The translations under genes were made by a program, and so were the position numbers. The notes under the pieces are model-generated. The model did not search any database. It saw only the letters and a program-made list of their open reading frames with translations, and was not told the DNA's origin. A stretch of 64,000 bases of DNA from the human T2T-CHM13v2.0 reference genome, Homo sapiens. Positions 60,101 through 64,000 of the stretch are shown in pieces (within the stretch, counting starts at the first letter, position 1; each line of letters begins with the position of its first letter). The DNA is taken from NCBI RefSeq assembly GCF_009914755.1, contig NC_060934.1, one strand, 5' to 3'.

Positions 60101-61528
60101 GATAGAAGTGTCTCCAGCCGGAGAGCCATCTGGCAGTATAGACATCACTGCTTCCTGTAAGTACTACGCAGACAGTAAGTAATATTCTTATTATTGTTCA
60201 TTATTCAATAATAATTTATTCCATCAGAAACCTGGCCGGCAGGCATTCTTATAGCCAGAGTCAACCTCAACTCACCATGGCACAGGAAAAATAATCATCG
60301 CACTGCAGAACAAGAAATGACCTAAGCCAGCATTGTCATCTTTGAAACTTAAGAGAATTTGTAAAACGGTGAAATTCAGAATGAACTTAGAAGGCATTTT
60401 CAGCTGCACATCTGCTAGTCTGGTGTGTGGCATCACTAAGTCTATTGGTTTAAATGGGTGCGTAGTTCCGGAGTATCACAACTACAACATCGGATTTGGA
60501 AGCAATTTTGGAAATATTTGATGATGCATATTTGAAAGAGTTAATATTTGTACGAAAATGTCACAAATTTAGTATTTTTATGACATTTTGTAAAACAGTG
60601 AGACTTCAGACATATTTTTAAAAATCTGTTTTGGATTAATATCTGATCAATACTGAGAAGATAAAAATGAACGAGATAATTAAGTAAAATACAGTATAAT
60701 AAAGATTTTGGAGAAGTGTTAAATTCTGCAAGTGCGTGTTATTAATTATATTATTTTTATCATATGTATATATGTACCTAAGACCTTGTACAGTAGGATT
60801 CTGAAACTCTTCTATGGGGAGAGGATGTCAAACTAACGTATTTTCCTGAATGATTTCAAGCCTTACAGGAAACATTCCAGACAGGACTAAGGTAAGCAGA
60901 TACAGGTGGTCCTCACCAAGCCCCCATGGCTCATAGAAAAAGTCTTGTTCTATAAAAACCCAAGAATAGTTGTTCTTTTTTTCTGACCTAGCTGGTACAA
61001 GTGAGTTAGAACGTCCTGAACTTTTGAAGGTGTGCATGAGGACATACAAATCTCGCTGACGGTGGCCAGTGCACTGTGATCTGCCTGACCGAGGTATGAA
61101 GCCCATGGGTTTGAAATGGGTTTCATTCCATTTACCACGTAAAGCACTGGTGTTAAGGGTGGAGGTGGGAAGTAACAAAGGTATGTGCACAAATAACCAG
61201 ACTCTGAATGTGCAGCATTTGGCAGCCTACTGAGGAAGTAATTAAAAAAAAAAGTGGAAATCAAATAAGCTCCACAGCTCTCTGCAGAACCTTTGACCAA
61301 ACAGGCGTTTGGTCATGGCTGTAGTGGTCTGTATTTCTTGCTGCACATACGTAAGTGCTGTGCTGAGAGTTCTGGGCCTCGTGAGAGCCCTACCCTCTCC
61401 CACCTGGATCAGCTGGCCCACCTCAGCTCATCAGGTTACAGGTGGCAGCTGGGTGACTGAGTGGTTTCAAGCCAAGGCTTCTTTTTAGATGACTCAAGAA
61501 CTCTGTTTTATGTACAGTACCACTGTCG

Positions 61529-61825
61529 TTTTTTTTTTTTTTTCTTTTTGAGACAGGATCTCACTCTGTCACACAGGCTGGACTGCAGTGGTGCAATCTC
61601 AGCTCACTACAACCTTTACACAACCCCAGGCTAAAGTGATCCTCCCCCGTCAGCCTCCCAAGTAGCTGGAACCACAGGCACACATCACCATACCTAGTTA
61701 TTTTTATGTATTTTTGGTAGAGACAGGGTCTTGCCATGTTACTCAGACTGGTCTCATTCTCCTGAGCTCAAACAATCTGCCTGCCTCGGCCTCCCAAAGT
61801 GCTGGGATTACCGCCATGCCCCACC
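61529..61825 (-). mobile_element. AluJ
   Basis: antisense Alu; TSD cactgt(c/t)gttt. Confidence 0.9.
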
Positions 61826-63431
61826 TTGCCTGCCCACACTGTTGTTTATCTACTTGAAAACACGTTGGTTTTGACATATAGATGGGACTGGATTTTTTCT
61901 CCTTGCTTTAATTTAGACCTGAGCGACTTAGATGCTTACTACGGTCTTAAACTGAACTATAAAATGGCAAATTTACACAATTTGCTTGTTCTTTCTCTGA
62001 TTTTTTTCTTACCGTTTTTGAGAGGTTAAATTGTAAAAATAGTATTCTTCCTTCTGATTTTTTGTTTACTGATTTCCTGATCAATAACTGTCTCCTTGTT
62101 TTTCACAATAATCTTCAGATTCTGGAAAACCAAGCTGCTGACAACTAGGGGTGCAAGAGCATAAGCGATGTAAAGAAATAAAGAATAAAGTCAACTAAAT
62201 TATGGCATCTCTCATTCAAGAGCCTCATGTGATGGGAAGTATGTGTTTCTTTCAAAGCCTCTGTTGCTTCTGAAGCCCCATGAGACGATCTTGTTGATTC
62301 ATAATCTTTAATCCAGTCTTTAAGCTCTGACAGATAAAGGACCAGGTACCATTTCAGGTTCCTAAAGGGTAGGAGCGAGACCATGAAGGCCTGGGTTCCA
62401 CAGAGAATATGATAATTGCATGGGGAAGTATGAAAGTGATGGCATGCTTCTTAACTTTCAAAGAAGGGCACCTTCTAAGTTGATTTCCCTCAAGGTCTTA
62501 AGAAGGGCTGGAGGAAGGTATCAATTGTTTTGCAATAACAAGATTTCATGACCAAGCATGTTGATGAAATTTAGCACCCATATCTGATTAAAAACTCTTT
62601 TTAAAACTAACAGTCAAATGTTAATGGAAAAACACTAGATAAACAGTAAATTAAGGAACAAAGGTCATTATGATTAACGTTTCAAGTTATTTTATCCTTA
62701 GCCAAAGCAATAAAAAGCAATGTAAGTAAATAAAATGACTGGAAGAGAGTAAAAAATCACTGTAATCTGCGGATGACGGAATTGCCCTTTTAGTCAAGGC
62801 AGATTTACATGGAGTTAATAAATATTAAGATTTCAGGTCACACTTTTGCATAGACCTCTGTATAATATTTGCAAAACTAGTGTATTTGTATTAAAATTGA
62901 CGAAGACCATGCTTTTCACCATGTATTCCTCCTTTATATTTCCTTTGTGTTTACTGGCATTGAAGTGGCCACAAGCATGTTGAGGATCTGGGTAACTACA
63001 AGCCAAGTTAGGGCACCTGTGTTGGGACAGATTATGTAGCGCTCATTCCTTCAGGGCACCCCCAAGTAGGAATGGCTTTTGCAATATACTTTCTTCTCAC
63101 TGTGCCATTGGACTTGACCTTGAACACAGTGTAGGAACAGGGGTCAAATTGTTATAGATGTGTGGCCCATGTTGCTCAGCATCAGGAACTTGTAAGTAGA
63201 GTAGGAACTAATTTGCCATAAACAGAATCAGAAGCTAGTCTGTAGGAAAGTATCCCCCAAGCTATGCAGATCATGTGAATGAAATGTGGCCTTTTCCAAA
63301 TTTGATCACCATCCTAATAATTTACATGGCATCCCCAACAGCAAGTTATGAAAAAAAGGAATTTTCCAACTATCAATAATAATAAACAACTTTTGATCAA
63401 GTGTGCTAGAGGTAAGACTAAATTATCTATG

Positions 63432-63733
63432 TTGTTTTATTATTTTTTTTAGAGATAGATTCTGTCTCTGTCACCCAGACTGGAGTGCAGTGGTGCCATC
63501 ATAGCTGACTGCAGCCTCTAACCACTGGACTCAAGCGACCTCCCTGCCTTAGTCTCCAGAGTAGCTAGGACTATCGGTGCGTGCAACCATGCCCAGCTAA
63601 TTTTTTTTTTTTTTGTAAAGATAGGGTCTCACTGTGTTGCCTAGGCTGGTCTCGAACTCCTGGCTTCAAGCGATCCTCCATCCTTGGCCTCCCAAAGTGT
63701 TGGGATTACAGACATGAGCCACTGTGCCTGGCC
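63432..63733 (-). mobile_element. AluJ
   Basis: antisense Alu with J features (catcatagctgactgcagcctc). Confidence 0.93.
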
Positions 63734-63895
63734 TCTATATTCTGTATAGAAAAATATTCATTATTCATCAACATGTGAAGAGGTGATCAAACAGCATTTG
63801 GCTAAAAAGGTATGAAAAGGAGAATTGGAAACAGGTGTCAAGTAATTCATGAATAAGATCTTATGTTGCCCTTCTGGAGTGTATGCATTTTCTAG

Positions 63896-64000
63896 TATTG
63901 GTTAATTTAAAAAAATAAATTTGGTGTTGTGATTTCTTTACTTATTTTAAATATTCTTTTAATACTTGATTTTGTATTCATATTTTTAATTTTTTTCAGG
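63896..64000 (+). other. Candidate 3' splice acceptor (exon would start at 64000)
   Basis: 102-nt AG-free, T-rich zone ending ttttttcag|g. Confidence 0.5.

Noticed and set aside
62145-62384. Minus ORF with spectrin-repeat-like ELKDWIKDYE
   Set aside because: Only a 10-residue resemblance, no usable splice donor and no neighbouring exons.

Overview
Primate (human-like, catarrhine) non-coding genomic DNA. I found no recognisable protein-coding exon, RNA gene or CpG island, and I cannot name the locus. The window is dominated by interspersed repeats: about 34 Alu pieces (J, S and Y types), L1 3' fragments, old L2/MIR remnants, MaLR LTRs (MLT1/MST/THE1) and mariner/Tigger MITEs (MADE1, Tigger4a). 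The long ORFs in the track are mostly Alu, L1, L2 or microsatellite read-throughs. A strong 3' splice acceptor at the last bases suggests that at least the distal part is an intron of a + strand gene. Most noteworthy: a short interstitial telomeric array (41965-42154); a Tigger4a MITE carrying an inverted copy of nearby DNA; several local tandem duplications; a trimeric Alu under one TSD; compact transcription-factor motif clusters (STAT+C/EBP, NFI/GRHL/FOX, CRE, TCF); and a speculative in-frame minus-strand exon chain at 30.7-36.5 kb ending in an L2 remnant. Repeat subfamily calls come from recalled consensus features, boundaries of old repeats are approximate, and nothing was computed or searched. 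I see no convincing evidence for a new biological system.
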